Counted from the first letter of the stretch, positions 1 to 9,909 are shown. The stretch: DNA of 42,425 bases from Methanotrichaceae archaeon (GCA_963754945.1 CAVWIG010000045.1:1-42425), one strand, 5' to 3'. A program made the numbers and translations. Notes: generated by a model not told the origin, from the sequence alone.

Positions 1-370
1 CCATGTATTATCGTTGCTGGTAAGATGGTTGTGCATCTCGGAAGCTTATATTAGCGAGATCTTTCGAGGTATTGGAGAACATCTCAGGCGCTGAATAACT
101 CATCGGCAACAGGATGGCAGATATAAAAGAGAAGTGTAGCAACGATGGCTCAGCATTCAGAAATTGTATGTGTTTAGCTCACCATAATCAGTATCTATGA
201 GCCAATTTTACGGTTTTCCATGTAGCCAATTGCTAGGGATCGTTTTAATGGTAAAAGTGCCACTTGATATCGATTTCTATTTAAATGCATCCTGAGATAT
301 ATTATTACCGCCAGAACCAAGAACCAGCAGCTATCAACCGATTCTCGGGCACCTAAACACATACCAGAAA

Positions 371-1303
371 TTAAATGGCGTAGAGAATCAAGATCGATGT
401 AAATAGAGTAACGGCAACTGTTGTTCCCACCAACCTCACTGCTAAGTGTATATCCTGAGTCTCTGGCTCTCTGCCCTCGTCGAGTAGCACATAGAACCCC
501 GGTTTTTCAAGCCTTATGCCCAGTGCACCTGCCGCGGCTGACATTGGCCAACCTGAATTGGGACTTGGAGTAGCCTGGTGGTATCGAAAGGCAGTCATTA
601 TTGTGTTCTTGGCTTTTTTTGGATTAGCTGCAGCCAAGAAGAGTGTGCTCAGTCTTGCCGGGATGAAGTTAGCCAAGTCGTCGAGCCTGGCTGGCACATA
701 CCCCAGATCTTTTAAGCCTTTTGTCTTGTACCCCAGCATGCTGTCCATGGTGCTGACGGCCTTGAAAGCCAGGGCCGCCTCCAGGCCTAGACCAAAGGGC
801 TCGAAGATCAGGAAATAGAAGAGGGGAGACAGTATGCCGTCTACGTAGTTCTCCGATAAGGATTCGATGACCGCAGAGGTCGCCTGGGATCTTGTAAGAT
901 CTTTCGTCTCCCTGCCCACCAGGGCAGGCAGCATGCCCTTGGCCTGGGAGATATTGGCCTCTATCGTCCTGCCTATATCCAGGGAGGTCTGTAAAAGGCA
1001 CCTCACCGCAAAGGTGGATTTCAGCAGGTAGGCCGAGACGGCGACCGTCGCCGCGTAACCTACGCTAGGAATCTGGCCCGCAACCCAAACTAACAGGTGA
1101 CCAAAGGATACTGTCATGGCTATAACTAGCGCTGCTACCAGGAGACCGCCTAGTTTAGTAGGCCGTGCTCGCTTTCGCAGAAGGGATATGAGGCGGCCAA
1201 TCCACACCACCGGATGAATCCCAACTGGCGGCTCGCCTATGAGAATATCGAAAGCGACCGCCAAAAGAAATACGATTAGGCTTGTGGATATTTCCTGGCT
1301 CAC
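371..1303 (-). CDS. cbiB: Adenosylcobinamide-phosphate synthase CbiB
   Basis: GEPP..HPVVWIG, ESLSEN.VDG..SPLF, T.DSMLGY, ARLDD.AN.IPARL and SPNSGWP motifs. Start moved to GTG at 1303, which overlaps the upstream stop (GTGA). Confidence 0.93.
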   Translation of the reverse strand: MSQEISTSLIVFLLAVAFDILIGEPPVGIHPVVWIGRLISLLRKRARPTKLGGLLVAALVIAMTVSFGHLLVWVAGQIPSVGYAATVAVSAYLLKSTFAVRCLLQTSLDIGRTIEANISQAKGMLPALVGRETKDLTRSQATSAVIESLSENYVDGILSPLFYFLIFEPFGLGLEAALAFKAVSTMDSMLGYKTKGLKDLGYVPARLDDLANFIPARLSTLFLAAANPKKAKNTIMTAFRYHQATPSPNSGWPMSAAAGALGIRLEKPGFYVLLDEGREPETQDIHLAVRLVGTTVAVTLFTSILILYAI

Positions 1304-1545
1304 AAAAGACTCTCCACCTTCTTCCACGCCTCGGAGATCGTCTCGCCGCTCATGAGGGCATCGACAACAGCGGCGACTACGTCGGGTCGATGGACTGCAA
1401 AGCAATCTTTGCAGGACCACACCCCACCTTCGCCGACCCGACCTTTTGTCCGCTCTTCCATACATGGATAGAAAGGACAGAAGCACAGGGAGCAGTCCTG
1501 TTCCGGAAAATGGCAGGGGTACATCTCGCAGTTTATCCGGCGCAT
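1300..1545 (-). CDS. Cysteine-rich small domain protein (zf-like, cobamide-cluster associated)
   Basis: C-E-x-Y-P-C-H ... C-x2-C-F-C-P-F-Y-P-C ... W-S-C-x2-C-x3-H pattern; overlaps both neighbours. Confidence 0.85.
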   Translation of the reverse strand: MRRINCEMYPCHFPEQDCSLCFCPFYPCMEERTKGRVGEGGVWSCKDCFAVHRPDVVAAVVDALMSGETISEAWKKVESLL

Positions 1546-2624
1546 CCTACCCTCTGCAAGGCGGCCACTAGCCGCTCGTTCTCATCCCTGTTCCGGACTG
1601 CTACCCGGATGTAACCCTCCCCCAGACCGAAAGATCCGCAGTCTCTGATGAGTATGCCCTCTGCTATCATGCGCTGGCCGAGTTCCCACGAGGAAAGGCC
1701 GGTTTGACTTATATCGACCAGGATAAAGTTGACGCTGCTTTCCAATGGCTTCAGGCCCAAGCTTTCGAGCTGGCCTTTCAGCCAGGCCAGTTCGGTCCGG
1801 ATCAAGACCCTGGCTTTCTCCAGATGATCCGTGTGCTTAAAAAGCTCAACTCCTGCAGCCGAGGCAATGGAGCTGATGGACCAGGGTAACCTTGCTCTGT
1901 TCATGACATCCGTCAGGAGGTCATTGCTGACTCCAAAGCCCAGGCGAAGGCCGGGGACGCCGAAGGATTTGGTCAGGGATCTCATTACGACTAGATACTC
2001 CATCTCCGGAGCCATGCAGACAACGCTCTGTTCCGGGTCGGATAGCTCGATGAACGCCTCGTCCACCAGGAGAAAAGTCTCGCAGCGTTCACACCGCTTC
2101 ACCAGATCGATGATTTTGCTTTTGGGCAAAAGACTTCCAGTCGGGTTGTTTGGATTGCATAGGAAAAATGCCTGAGCATCCAACAGAACAGAGTCGTCTA
2201 TATCCACCTGTCCGTTTGGGCCCAGGTTTGTCCTGTGAATCTCAGCACCAAAGAGCCTTGACTGGTTCTCGTACTCGCCGAAGGTTGGAAAAGGGATGAT
2301 GGCCAAATCCCCCTCTTCCAGAGTTGTCTCCGCGAAGAGCCTGATGATCTCCGAAGAGCCGTTACCAGGAACTATGTTGCAGACATTCACGCCAACAAAG
2401 GCTGCGGCAGCTTCTCGGAACTCCGTGTATTTGTTATCAGGATACTGCCCGAGCTTATCCATCTCCCTAGATAAGACATCCTTGAGCGGCGGACTGCCCA
2501 GGGGATTGATATTTGCGGAAAAGTCGAGCGGCTCAGTGCCAAAGAATGCGGCTGCCTCTCTAACTCTGCCTCCGTGACGGCAATCTCCCGATTCCGCGAA
2601 GCTTTTCCTGATGCGCTCAATCAT
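1533..2624 (-). CDS. cobD: L-threonine-O-3-phosphate decarboxylase (PLP aminotransferase class I/II)
   Basis: HGG, LDFSANINPLG, CNPNNPTG, DEAF, SLTKSFGVPGLRLG motifs; cbiB context. ATG at 2624 preferred. Confidence 0.9.
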   Translation of the reverse strand: MIERIRKSFAESGDCRHGGRVREAAAFFGTEPLDFSANINPLGSPPLKDVLSREMDKLGQYPDNKYTEFREAAAAFVGVNVCNIVPGNGSSEIIRLFAETTLEEGDLAIIPFPTFGEYENQSRLFGAEIHRTNLGPNGQVDIDDSVLLDAQAFFLCNPNNPTGSLLPKSKIIDLVKRCERCETFLLVDEAFIELSDPEQSVVCMAPEMEYLVVMRSLTKSFGVPGLRLGFGVSNDLLTDVMNRARLPWSISSIASAAGVELFKHTDHLEKARVLIRTELAWLKGQLESLGLKPLESSVNFILVDISQTGLSSWELGQRMIAEGILIRDCGSFGLGEGYIRVAVRNRDENERLVAALQRVGCAG

Positions 2625-2828
2625 AGGTCCTCTTCTTGTGCAGCCTTTTTGCATTTCAACCTAGCGGGATATGGCATTATCCATCAATAATCGTTGGTTT
2701 AAGTCGATGAACAACCTGTGTATAAAAATTATTCGAAGGTTCTGGGCCCCAAATTTATTCCCATGAGCTGCGTTTTATAAAATAATCTATCCGAAAGGGT
2801 TTTATGTAATTTCAACGAACAGGACGGC

Positions 2829-2852
2829 CGTATATATAAGGAAAGAGGAGGC
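2829..2852 (+). promoter_or_regulatory. Putative TATA box and SD-like sequence for the cdh operon
   Basis: TATATATAAG at 2831-2840 followed by GAGGAGG before the cdhA ATG. Other TATA-like elements lie at ~2720 and ~2773, so the true promoter is uncertain. Confidence 0.45.
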
Positions 2853-2862
2853 CAAGAACCCA

Positions 2863-5280
2863 ATGGTAAAAACCGAGGGCAGTTTTGCTGTTGAGGACAT
2901 GAAGAACGTCCAGATCAACATCGGAGCTGTCGTTAAGGAAGAGGAAGAGTGGGACCAACCCATGGGACCCTTCCCCAAGCCCGGCGTAGCTACTCTCCGG
3001 GACTGGGACTACAAGATAATGAACCGATACAAGATCATGTACGCCCCTGCCGACGACACTTGCACCCTGTGCACATACGGACCGTGCGACCTCACAGGAA
3101 ACATAAAGGGCGCTTGCGGCATTAATATGGAAGGCTACTCCGGCAAGATAGTCCTCATCGCTGTTTTGATGGGATGCTGCGCGCATGCTGCTCACGGCAG
3201 GCACCTTTACCACTGGTGTCTCGATAAATTCGGCGATATGAAGTTCGACATGGGCGACGAGATCCTGGTAGATTCGCCTTTATACCAGACCATCATGGGC
3301 AAGAAGCCCACTTCGCTCAAGGATTTCGACGAAGGCCTGCGCTACCTTGAGGAAGAAGTAGTCCAGCTCGTGGCTGCTACTCATACCGGCCAAGAGGCTT
3401 ACTACAAGGATTTCGAATCCAAAGCTCTGCATGCCGGCATGATGGATGACCTGGGCATGGAGATCTGCGATCTGCTTCAGATGGTGGCTTACGACATGCC
3501 CCGTGGTGCCGTTGATGCTCCGCTCGTCGAGATTGGCATGGGTACCCTGGATCAGAACAAGGGCGTTTTGATTGCTTACGGCCACAACCTGGCAGCAGGC
3601 GCAGAGGCCATGATATACACAGAGAACAACAACCTCTGGGATAAGGTGGATATCGGCGGTGTGTGCTGCACGGCCATAGACCTCACAAGGATCACCGAGA
3701 CTGGCAGAGAGAGCAAGATACCCAAGAATCTGGGTCCTAAGGCCAAAGTTGCCGGTGCAATGGGCTGGTGGAGGAAGATGGTCCGCTCTGGAGTCATGGA
3801 TTGCATCATGATAGATGAGCAGTGTGTCTTCTGTGACGTCCTAGAAGACTCCCAGAAGCGCAAGATCCCGGTCATAGCCACCACAGACAAGATAATGCTC
3901 GGACTGCCGGATAGAACCAATGATCCAGTCGATGCCATAGTGGACGACCTAGTAAACTTCAGGATGCCCGGAGTTGCCATCCTCGATCCCACTAAGGCGG
4001 GAGAGGTCGGAATCAGGGTCGCCATAGCCGTCAAGCCCAAGCGCGCTGAGGCCAAGGCACAGAGCCTGATCACAGAAGCGCAGTTTAAGGAGTACATAGA
4101 GAAGTGTACAGGGTGCAACGAGTGTGCCTTCGTCTGTCCGCCCCACACAACCATAAGCGAGCTGATTGCTGAGGCAAAGAAGGGCAACCTGGAACCGTTC
4201 TCCGCACTCTACGAGACCTGCGTCGGGTGCAACAGATGCGAGCAGGTATGCCCGCAGAACATCCCCATCATGGACCTCTACGAGTACGCTAACCGCCAAT
4301 ACGTCAAGAATCAGAAGTTCAAGATGAGAGCAGGACGCGGTCCTGCCAGAGATACGGAGATCAGGGCAGTAGGCGCACCCATAGTGCTCGGAACCATTCC
4401 AGGTGTCATCGCTCTGGTAGGATGCTCTAACTACCCGAATGGCACCAAGGAAGCCTACGACATGGCCAAGGAGTTCGTGGATAGAGGCTACATAGTTGTC
4501 ACCTCCGGATGCATGGCCATGGACATGTCCCTCTACACCGATCAGGACGGCAAGACCATCTGGGAGCAGTATCCCGGAGGTTTCGACGGTAGGAACATCT
4601 GCAACACAGGGTCTTGTGTAGCCAACGCCAACATCATGGGGGCGGCGATAAAAGTGGCTACGATATTCGCTCACAGGAACCACAGGGGCAACTTCGACGA
4701 TATCGCAGACTATATCTTGAACAAGGTAGGCGCTTGCGGTGTGGCCTGGGGGGCTTACTCTCAAAAGGCCGCGTCGATCGCGACGGGCTGCAACAGATTA
4801 GGAATACCGGTAGTAGTTCAGCCCCACTCCGTCATGTATCGCCGCTCATTCATGGGCAGGGCGGACAAGCCAGAGGACTGGATGGTCATCGATGCTCGTG
4901 ATGGAAGCAAGCAGCAGATAGAGCCAGCGCCAGAGGCGATGCTCTATATAGCCGAGACCAAGGAAGAAGCCATGGTAGAGATGGCCAAGCTCTGCCTGCG
5001 ACCATCGGATAACAGCATTGGCAGAGCGATCAAGCTGACCCACTACTGCGACTTATCCATGAAGTATATGGGCAAGCTGCCAGACGACTGGCACATCTTC
5101 GTCCGAGACACCAAAGATCTTCCCCTCGTCTACAAAGAAACGATGATGAAAGAGCTCGAGGAGAAGCACGGCTGGAAGATCGACTGGAAGGCTAAGAAGT
5201 TCATTTCAGGTCCGCTCAGGCCGGCAGATGTGAGCTTCGATCCGACGAACATCCCCAGGAAGATAAGGGTCAAGAAGTGA
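2863..5280 (+). CDS. cdhA: ACDS complex alpha subunit (Ni-CO dehydrogenase)
   Basis: CTLCTYGPC, GHN, GVCCTA, DEQC, two ferredoxin motifs (CTGCNEC..VCP, CVGCNRCEQVCP), GCSN, GCMA, GSCV; 805 aa. Confidence 0.98.
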   Translation: MVKTEGSFAVEDMKNVQINIGAVVKEEEEWDQPMGPFPKPGVATLRDWDYKIMNRYKIMYAPADDTCTLCTYGPCDLTGNIKGACGINMEGYSGKIVLIAVLMGCCAHAAHGRHLYHWCLDKFGDMKFDMGDEILVDSPLYQTIMGKKPTSLKDFDEGLRYLEEEVVQLVAATHTGQEAYYKDFESKALHAGMMDDLGMEICDLLQMVAYDMPRGAVDAPLVEIGMGTLDQNKGVLIAYGHNLAAGAEAMIYTENNNLWDKVDIGGVCCTAIDLTRITETGRESKIPKNLGPKAKVAGAMGWWRKMVRSGVMDCIMIDEQCVFCDVLEDSQKRKIPVIATTDKIMLGLPDRTNDPVDAIVDDLVNFRMPGVAILDPTKAGEVGIRVAIAVKPKRAEAKAQSLITEAQFKEYIEKCTGCNECAFVCPPHTTISELIAEAKKGNLEPFSALYETCVGCNRCEQVCPQNIPIMDLYEYANRQYVKNQKFKMRAGRGPARDTEIRAVGAPIVLGTIPGVIALVGCSNYPNGTKEAYDMAKEFVDRGYIVVTSGCMAMDMSLYTDQDGKTIWEQYPGGFDGRNICNTGSCVANANIMGAAIKVATIFAHRNHRGNFDDIADYILNKVGACGVAWGAYSQKAASIATGCNRLGIPVVVQPHSVMYRRSFMGRADKPEDWMVIDARDGSKQQIEPAPEAMLYIAETKEEAMVEMAKLCLRPSDNSIGRAIKLTHYCDLSMKYMGKLPDDWHIFVRDTKDLPLVYKETMMKELEEKHGWKIDWKAKKFISGPLRPADVSFDPTNIPRKIRVKK

Positions 5281-5298
5281 GGACAAGGAGGACATAAA

Positions 5299-5871
5299 AT
5301 GGCAGCAGAAGTAAAACCCAAGGCTGTTGGTATTGACACCACCAGGGACCCAACACCTTTTGAGATGGCCCAGATTCCTGGGCCGGAGATGGCCAAGACT
5401 TACATGCCTAAGGTCATCGCCGCTATAATCAAGAAGTCCAAGAGGCCTCTGCTCGTGGTTGGAGCAGAGCTCTTCGATGACCCAGTGATGTTCGACAAGA
5501 TGATCGAGATCGGCAAGACCGGAATACCAATTGCGGCCACTGCCCACTCGGTCAAGGGCTTTGTAGATAGGAACTACATGAACAATGTCTATCAGATCGG
5601 CCTGCACCCCCTGACCAACTACCTCCGCTTCGAGGACTGGAAGGGCCTGGACGGACAGGGCCAGTATGATACCGTTATATTCATGGGCATCTTCTACAAG
5701 TTCGCTAACGCCATGTTTTCAACCCTGAAACACTTCAACCGAAACATCAAGCGTGTCTCGATCGACAGGTACTACCATGTCAATGCGAACATGACCTTCG
5801 GGAACATGGCCTTCAGAACCGACGACTACCACGCAGCCGTGGACGAAGTTATAGCAGCAATGAAGAAATAA
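5299..5871 (+). CDS. cdhB: ACDS complex epsilon subunit
   Basis: SKRPLLVVG, W.GLDG.GQYD, IDRYYH.NA..TFGN motifs; position after cdhA. Confidence 0.96.
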   Translation: MAAEVKPKAVGIDTTRDPTPFEMAQIPGPEMAKTYMPKVIAAIIKKSKRPLLVVGAELFDDPVMFDKMIEIGKTGIPIAATAHSVKGFVDRNYMNNVYQIGLHPLTNYLRFEDWKGLDGQGQYDTVIFMGIFYKFANAMFSTLKHFNRNIKRVSIDRYYHVNANMTFGNMAFRTDDYHAAVDEVIAAMKK

Positions 5872-5900
5872 AGTTCATCTATGACAGAAGAGGTGTATTA

Positions 5901-7307
5901 ATGGCAGATGAAATCAAGTTGGACATATCCCCAATGTATGAAGGGGAACGCATCAGGAAAGAGGATCTATGGGTAGAGCTCGCCGGCCCCAAGGCTTACG
6001 GGTTCGAGCTTTCCCTAGCAACACCGATGGATCAGATCCAGGACGGAAAGGTGACCGTAGTCGGCCCTGACCTCAAGGACATCAAAGAGGGTTCAACCAT
6101 TCCCTTCGGCATGATCTTCAAGGTCGGCGGCGAGAAGATCGAGAAGGATCTGGAGTCCATCATCGAGAGGAGGAACCATGCTCTGCTCTCCTACATCAGC
6201 GGTCTCATGCACCTCAACCAGAGGTACGACATCTGGATGAGGCTGGGCAAGAGCCTGCAGAAGAAGGGCGTTACCTCCTTTGTGCAGATTTACAAGCCGG
6301 TCATCGACCTGTACAAGGCCGAGATGCCCTTCATCGAGAAGATGGAGATCACCATCGTAACCGATCCCGAGAAGGTAAAGGAAGAGAAGGCTAAGGCTAT
6401 GGCGGTCTACGAGGCTCGTGACGCGCGCGCCAAGGGACTGCACGATGAGGACGTCGATGTCTTCTACGGCTGCACCCTGTGTCAGGCCTTCGCCCCGACC
6501 AGCGCCTGTGTAGTCACCCCTGATCGGCCATCCCTGTGCGGCGCTATCACCTGGTTCGACGGCCGCGCTGCTGCCAAGGTGGACCCAGAGGGGCCCCAGT
6601 TCCCCATACCAAAGACGGGACTAAAGGATGCAGTTGCCGGTGAGTACGATACCATCAACGAGATGGCAGCGAAGAGGTCCGGCGGCGAGTACAGCGTCAT
6701 GAAGCTTTACACGTTCTTCGATGCACCCCATACCTCGTGCGGCTGCTTCGAAACCATCGGATTCTACATGCCAGAGGTTGACGGAATCGGCCTTGCTGAC
6801 CGTGACTTCAAGGGCGCAACCCCCAACGGACTGCCCTTCTCCACAATGGCCGGCCAGACCGGAGGCGGCAAGCAGGTCGTAGGATTCCTGGGCATGGGTA
6901 TCCTGTACTACTTCTCCTCCAAGTTCCTCCAGGCAGATGGAGGCTGGAGAAGGATTGTCTGGATGTCCAGCAAGCTCAAGGAGAGGGTAAAGGCAGGCAT
7001 CGCCGAGGATATGCTCGCCAAGATCGCCACCGAGAACGATGCCAAGGATATCCCATCCCTGAAGGCTTTCCTGGTCAAAGTCGGGCACCCCGTAGTAGAT
7101 GGCGTCACCAGGACCGTTGATAACAAGAAGATCACTGAGGGCTGGAAGTTCGAAGAGGTCGGCGACGATGAGAAACAGAAGCTCATCGGCTTCATCGAGC
7201 AGACAGGCGGAGAGTTCACCCTCGACGATGTCCACAGCAAGCTCGGCTGGTCTGAGACTCAGCTCAACCAGGTTGTAGAGGTCCTGCAGAACGAGGGAGT
7301 TATTTAA
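5901..7307 (+). CDS. cdhC: ACDS complex beta subunit (acetyl-CoA synthase)
   Basis: YEGERIRK, FYGCTLCQAFAP, R..LCGAI, PHTSCGCFE A-cluster motifs. Confidence 0.98.
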   Translation: MADEIKLDISPMYEGERIRKEDLWVELAGPKAYGFELSLATPMDQIQDGKVTVVGPDLKDIKEGSTIPFGMIFKVGGEKIEKDLESIIERRNHALLSYISGLMHLNQRYDIWMRLGKSLQKKGVTSFVQIYKPVIDLYKAEMPFIEKMEITIVTDPEKVKEEKAKAMAVYEARDARAKGLHDEDVDVFYGCTLCQAFAPTSACVVTPDRPSLCGAITWFDGRAAAKVDPEGPQFPIPKTGLKDAVAGEYDTINEMAAKRSGGEYSVMKLYTFFDAPHTSCGCFETIGFYMPEVDGIGLADRDFKGATPNGLPFSTMAGQTGGGKQVVGFLGMGILYYFSSKFLQADGGWRRIVWMSSKLKERVKAGIAEDMLAKIATENDAKDIPSLKAFLVKVGHPVVDGVTRTVDNKKITEGWKFEEVGDDEKQKLIGFIEQTGGEFTLDDVHSKLGWSETQLNQVVEVLQNEGVI

Positions 7308-7320
7308 GGAGGTTACGAAA

Positions 7321-7503
7321 ATGGCGGGAAAGATTCAGCTTAAACTTAAGCCCAAGGCACCTGCGGCAGCGGCTCCAGCAGCCGCACCCGCAGCAGGCGC
7401 AGCACCAGCCTTTTCCATGCCAGCCGGCGGCAGCGCTGGCGGCATAAAGCTGGTACTGAAAGATGCAAAGATAACCATCGACAAGGTGGTTCTCGCTAAG
7501 TAG
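7321..7503 (+). CDS. 60-aa Ala/Pro-rich protein resembling a detached CdhC C-terminal tail (copy 1)
   Basis: GGAGG SD, ATG start, operon-like codon usage; C-terminus GGIKLVLKDAKITIDKVVLAK. Confidence 0.85.
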   Translation: MAGKIQLKLKPKAPAAAAPAAAPAAGAAPAFSMPAGGSAGGIKLVLKDAKITIDKVVLAK

Positions 7504-7504
7504 A

Positions 7505-7546
7505 GACCGCCTTCTTCTCCCTTTTTCCTGTTTGGGAGAGGCGGTC
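7505..7546 (+). terminator. Intra-operon stem-loop with a pyrimidine-rich loop (terminator or stabiliser candidate)
   Basis: GACCGCC..TCTCCC / GGGAGA-GGCGGTC arms around CTTTTTCCTGTTT. Confidence 0.55.
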
Positions 7547-7588
7547 GCTGGCGAAGGATCCGATCTTAGTTCAAGTGAGGGAGATATT

Positions 7589-7771
7589 ATGGCAGGAAAG
7601 ATTCAGCTCAAGCTTAAGCCCAAGGCACCTGCGGCAGCGGCTCCAGCAGCCGCACCCGCGAGCGGCGCAGCAGCACCAATGTTTGCTCCAGCAGCGTCTT
7701 CCGGCGGCCTGGTCATTGAGCTTCGGGGAGCGTCCGTCCACGTGGCGGAAGTCATTATCAAGAAGAAATAG
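7589..7771 (+). CDS. 60-aa Ala/Pro-rich protein, paralog of 7321-7503 (copy 2)
   Basis: ATG at 7589 after GAGGGAG; MAGKIQLKLKPKAPAAAAPAAAPA...SSGGLVIELRGASVHVAEVIIKKK. Confidence 0.85.
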   Translation: MAGKIQLKLKPKAPAAAAPAAAPASGAAAPMFAPAASSGGLVIELRGASVHVAEVIIKKK

Positions 7772-7783
7772 GGAAGGCTAACC

Positions 7784-8545
7784 TTGGGAAAAGTAATAGC
7801 GGTAACCGGCAAGGGCGGCACGGGCAAGACCGCCGTCACCGCCATGCTGATCAGACACCTATTGAAGGTCTCGGCCAGAAAGTACAGGATACTCGCTATC
7901 GACGCAGATCCGGATGCAAATCTCGCAGATGCTTTGGGCGTAACTGTAGGAAAGACCATAGGAGACATGCGAGAGTTCATGCAGCAGTCCAGGTACACCA
8001 CGTCTCCAGACACAGATAAACATGCGCTGTTCGAGTCAAAGCTCTTCGAGATCCTGGCCGAGGAGGAAGGATATGATCTCCTTGTCATGGGCAAGCCGGA
8101 AGGGTCTGGATGCTACTGTTTTGTCAACAACCTTCTTCGTGGCCTCATGGACAAGACTGTTAGCGATTACGATCTGACCATCATAGACACTCCGGCTGGC
8201 CTTGAGCACCTCAGCAGAAAGACCATACCCGATCTGGACATCCTCGTTGTTGTCACGGACGAATCCAGACGCGGTCTGACCACTGCCGAGCGCATACGCG
8301 ACCTGGCAGGAGAGATCGAGCTCCGGTACAAGGAGCTGTACGTGGTCGTCAACAAGGTCACCCCAGAGCGAAAGCAGAAGGTGCTGGAGAACGCCAGAGG
8401 TGTCGGCCTTAAGGTTATCGGTACTATTCCATATGATGAGTTGTTAGCCAAGTTCGACTTAGTGGGAGATCCATTGATAGGCCTTCCCGATGACACGCCC
8501 GCTGTTGTTGAGATGAAAGGCGTGGTCAAAGAGATAGGCCTGTGA
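7784..8545 (+). CDS. cooC: CooC/AcsF-type nickel-insertion ATPase
   Basis: GKGGTGKT deviant Walker A, DADPD, GCYC, D..AGLEHLSR; TTG start. Confidence 0.95.
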   Translation: MGKVIAVTGKGGTGKTAVTAMLIRHLLKVSARKYRILAIDADPDANLADALGVTVGKTIGDMREFMQQSRYTTSPDTDKHALFESKLFEILAEEEGYDLLVMGKPEGSGCYCFVNNLLRGLMDKTVSDYDLTIIDTPAGLEHLSRKTIPDLDILVVVTDESRRGLTTAERIRDLAGEIELRYKELYVVVNKVTPERKQKVLENARGVGLKVIGTIPYDELLAKFDLVGDPLIGLPDDTPAVVEMKGVVKEIGL

Positions 8546-8556
8546 GGGTGATTTGA

Positions 8557-9909
8557 ATGGCAGAGAAGATCACATTGACCGATCTAAACAAGACATTATC
8601 AGAGATGAATGTTCAATCCCTCGAAGGGGTAAAGATCGAGGGAGATGTAGAGATAGAGATCGATGCAGGTGCAGGAGGGGTTGGACCTCTCTTCGCGTAC
8701 TACTTCGGTCAGGAGGCTGCCCAGATAGCAATGCAGCTTATCAAGTTCGCCAAGGCAGTCGGCTATCCGGTTGACGCCCTGATGCAGCCAATAGCACTCG
8801 CCCAGGCCATAGCCCCGGCACCAAAGGAGCTAGCCGCAGCAGCAGCCGCAGTGCCAGCCTTCAAGATTGCCAGCACCATGGCCAGCGCCAAATTCACTGT
8901 GGGCACTGACAAGACCTGGAGGTTGCCAATCCAAGAGGTCACCATCGGTGCAACAAAGGCTGATGGCGGAAGCAGAGGCCATGTTGTGAAGCTCGGTGGA
9001 GAGAAGGCAATGCCGTTCTTCCCCGATGCACCCATGCCCCACAACCCGAAGATCACCATGGACGTCTTCGACATGCCAATAGGCATGGCAAAGGCAGTCA
9101 AGATGCACTACGAGGACGTTATCAACAGTCCCGGCGAGTGGGCCAAGAAGGCTGTCAAGCAGTTCGGCGCAGATCTTGTCACAGTCCACTTGATCAGCAC
9201 TGATCCGCTCCTGAAGGATACCAAGCCCCAGGATGCAGTCAAGACTGTTGAGGAAGTCTTGCAGGCCGTCGATGTGCCAATCTGTATCGGTGGATCCGGC
9301 AACCCGGAGAAAGACCCCATTGTCCTATCCAAGGCAGCCGAAGCAGCTCAGGGAGAGCGCGTTCTGATCGCCTCAGCCAACCTGAACATGGATTGGGAGA
9401 AGATAGGCAAGGCCTGCGTTGACAACGGACACGTCTGTCTGGCCTGGACTCAGCTCGAGATCAACTCTCAGAAGGAGCTGAACAGGAAGCTAATGAAGGT
9501 AGCAGGTGTTCCACGCGAGTCCATAGTCATGGACCCAACAACCGCCGCTCTCGCGTACGGCCTGGATTTCGCCTACTCCAACATGGAGAGGATACGCCTT
9601 GGCGCTCTGAAGGGCGACGAGGAGCTGACCTTCCCGATGTCCTCCGGTACCACAAACGCCTGGGGAGTCAGAGAGGCATGGATGGTAAGGTCCCCCAACA
9701 AGGACGATTCCGATTGGGGAGACAGGATGCTCAGGGGCCCGATCTGGGAGATTCTCACAGGATTCACCCTTGCCATGGCTGGTGTGGACATATTCATGAT
9801 GATGCACCCGCAGGCCGTTGCCTACGTGCATGAGATAACCCAGTCCCTGATGGGACTCATCGAGGCCAAGACTCCGGACACGGCTAGCTGGCTCAAGATG
9901 GAGGTTTGA
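8557..9909 (+). CDS. cdhD: ACDS complex delta subunit (corrinoid Fe-S protein small subunit)
   Basis: [41 protein letters not shown] motifs. Confidence 0.97.
   Translation: MAEKITLTDLNKTLSEMNVQSLEGVKIEGDVEIEIDAGAGGVGPLFAYYFGQEAAQIAMQLIKFAKAVGYPVDALMQPIALAQAIAPAPKELAAAAAAVPAFKIASTMASAKFTVGTDKTWRLPIQEVTIGATKADGGSRGHVVKLGGEKAMPFFPDAPMPHNPKITMDVFDMPIGMAKAVKMHYEDVINSPGEWAKKAVKQFGADLVTVHLISTDPLLKDTKPQDAVKTVEEVLQAVDVPICIGGSGNPEKDPIVLSKAAEAAQGERVLIASANLNMDWEKIGKACVDNGHVCLAWTQLEINSQKELNRKLMKVAGVPRESIVMDPTTAALAYGLDFAYSNMERIRLGALKGDEELTFPMSSGTTNAWGVREAWMVRSPNKDDSDWGDRMLRGPIWEILTGFTLAMAGVDIFMMMHPQAVAYVHEITQSLMGLIEAKTPDTASWLKMEV

Larger units (their letters stand above)
7321..7659 (+). repeat. Direct repeat of ~71 bp (7321-7391 and 7589-7659) encoding identical N-termini
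   Basis: Only 3 mismatches in 71 nt, all at synonymous third positions (GCG/GCA, CTT/CTC, AAA/AAG). Confidence 0.95.

Noticed and set aside
94-105. AATAACTCATCG shared with 11442
   Set aside because: A single 12-mer match is expected by chance in a window this size.
1304-1486. Long N-terminal extension of cbiB in the ORF track
   Set aside because: It is an alternative frame of the Cys-rich gene; the GTGA overlap at 1300-1303 gives a normal CbiB start.
7532-7588. TTG-started 19-aa extension of the second small ORF
   Set aside because: The TTG lies in the hairpin; the ATG at 7589 has an SD and aligns exactly with the paralog's start.
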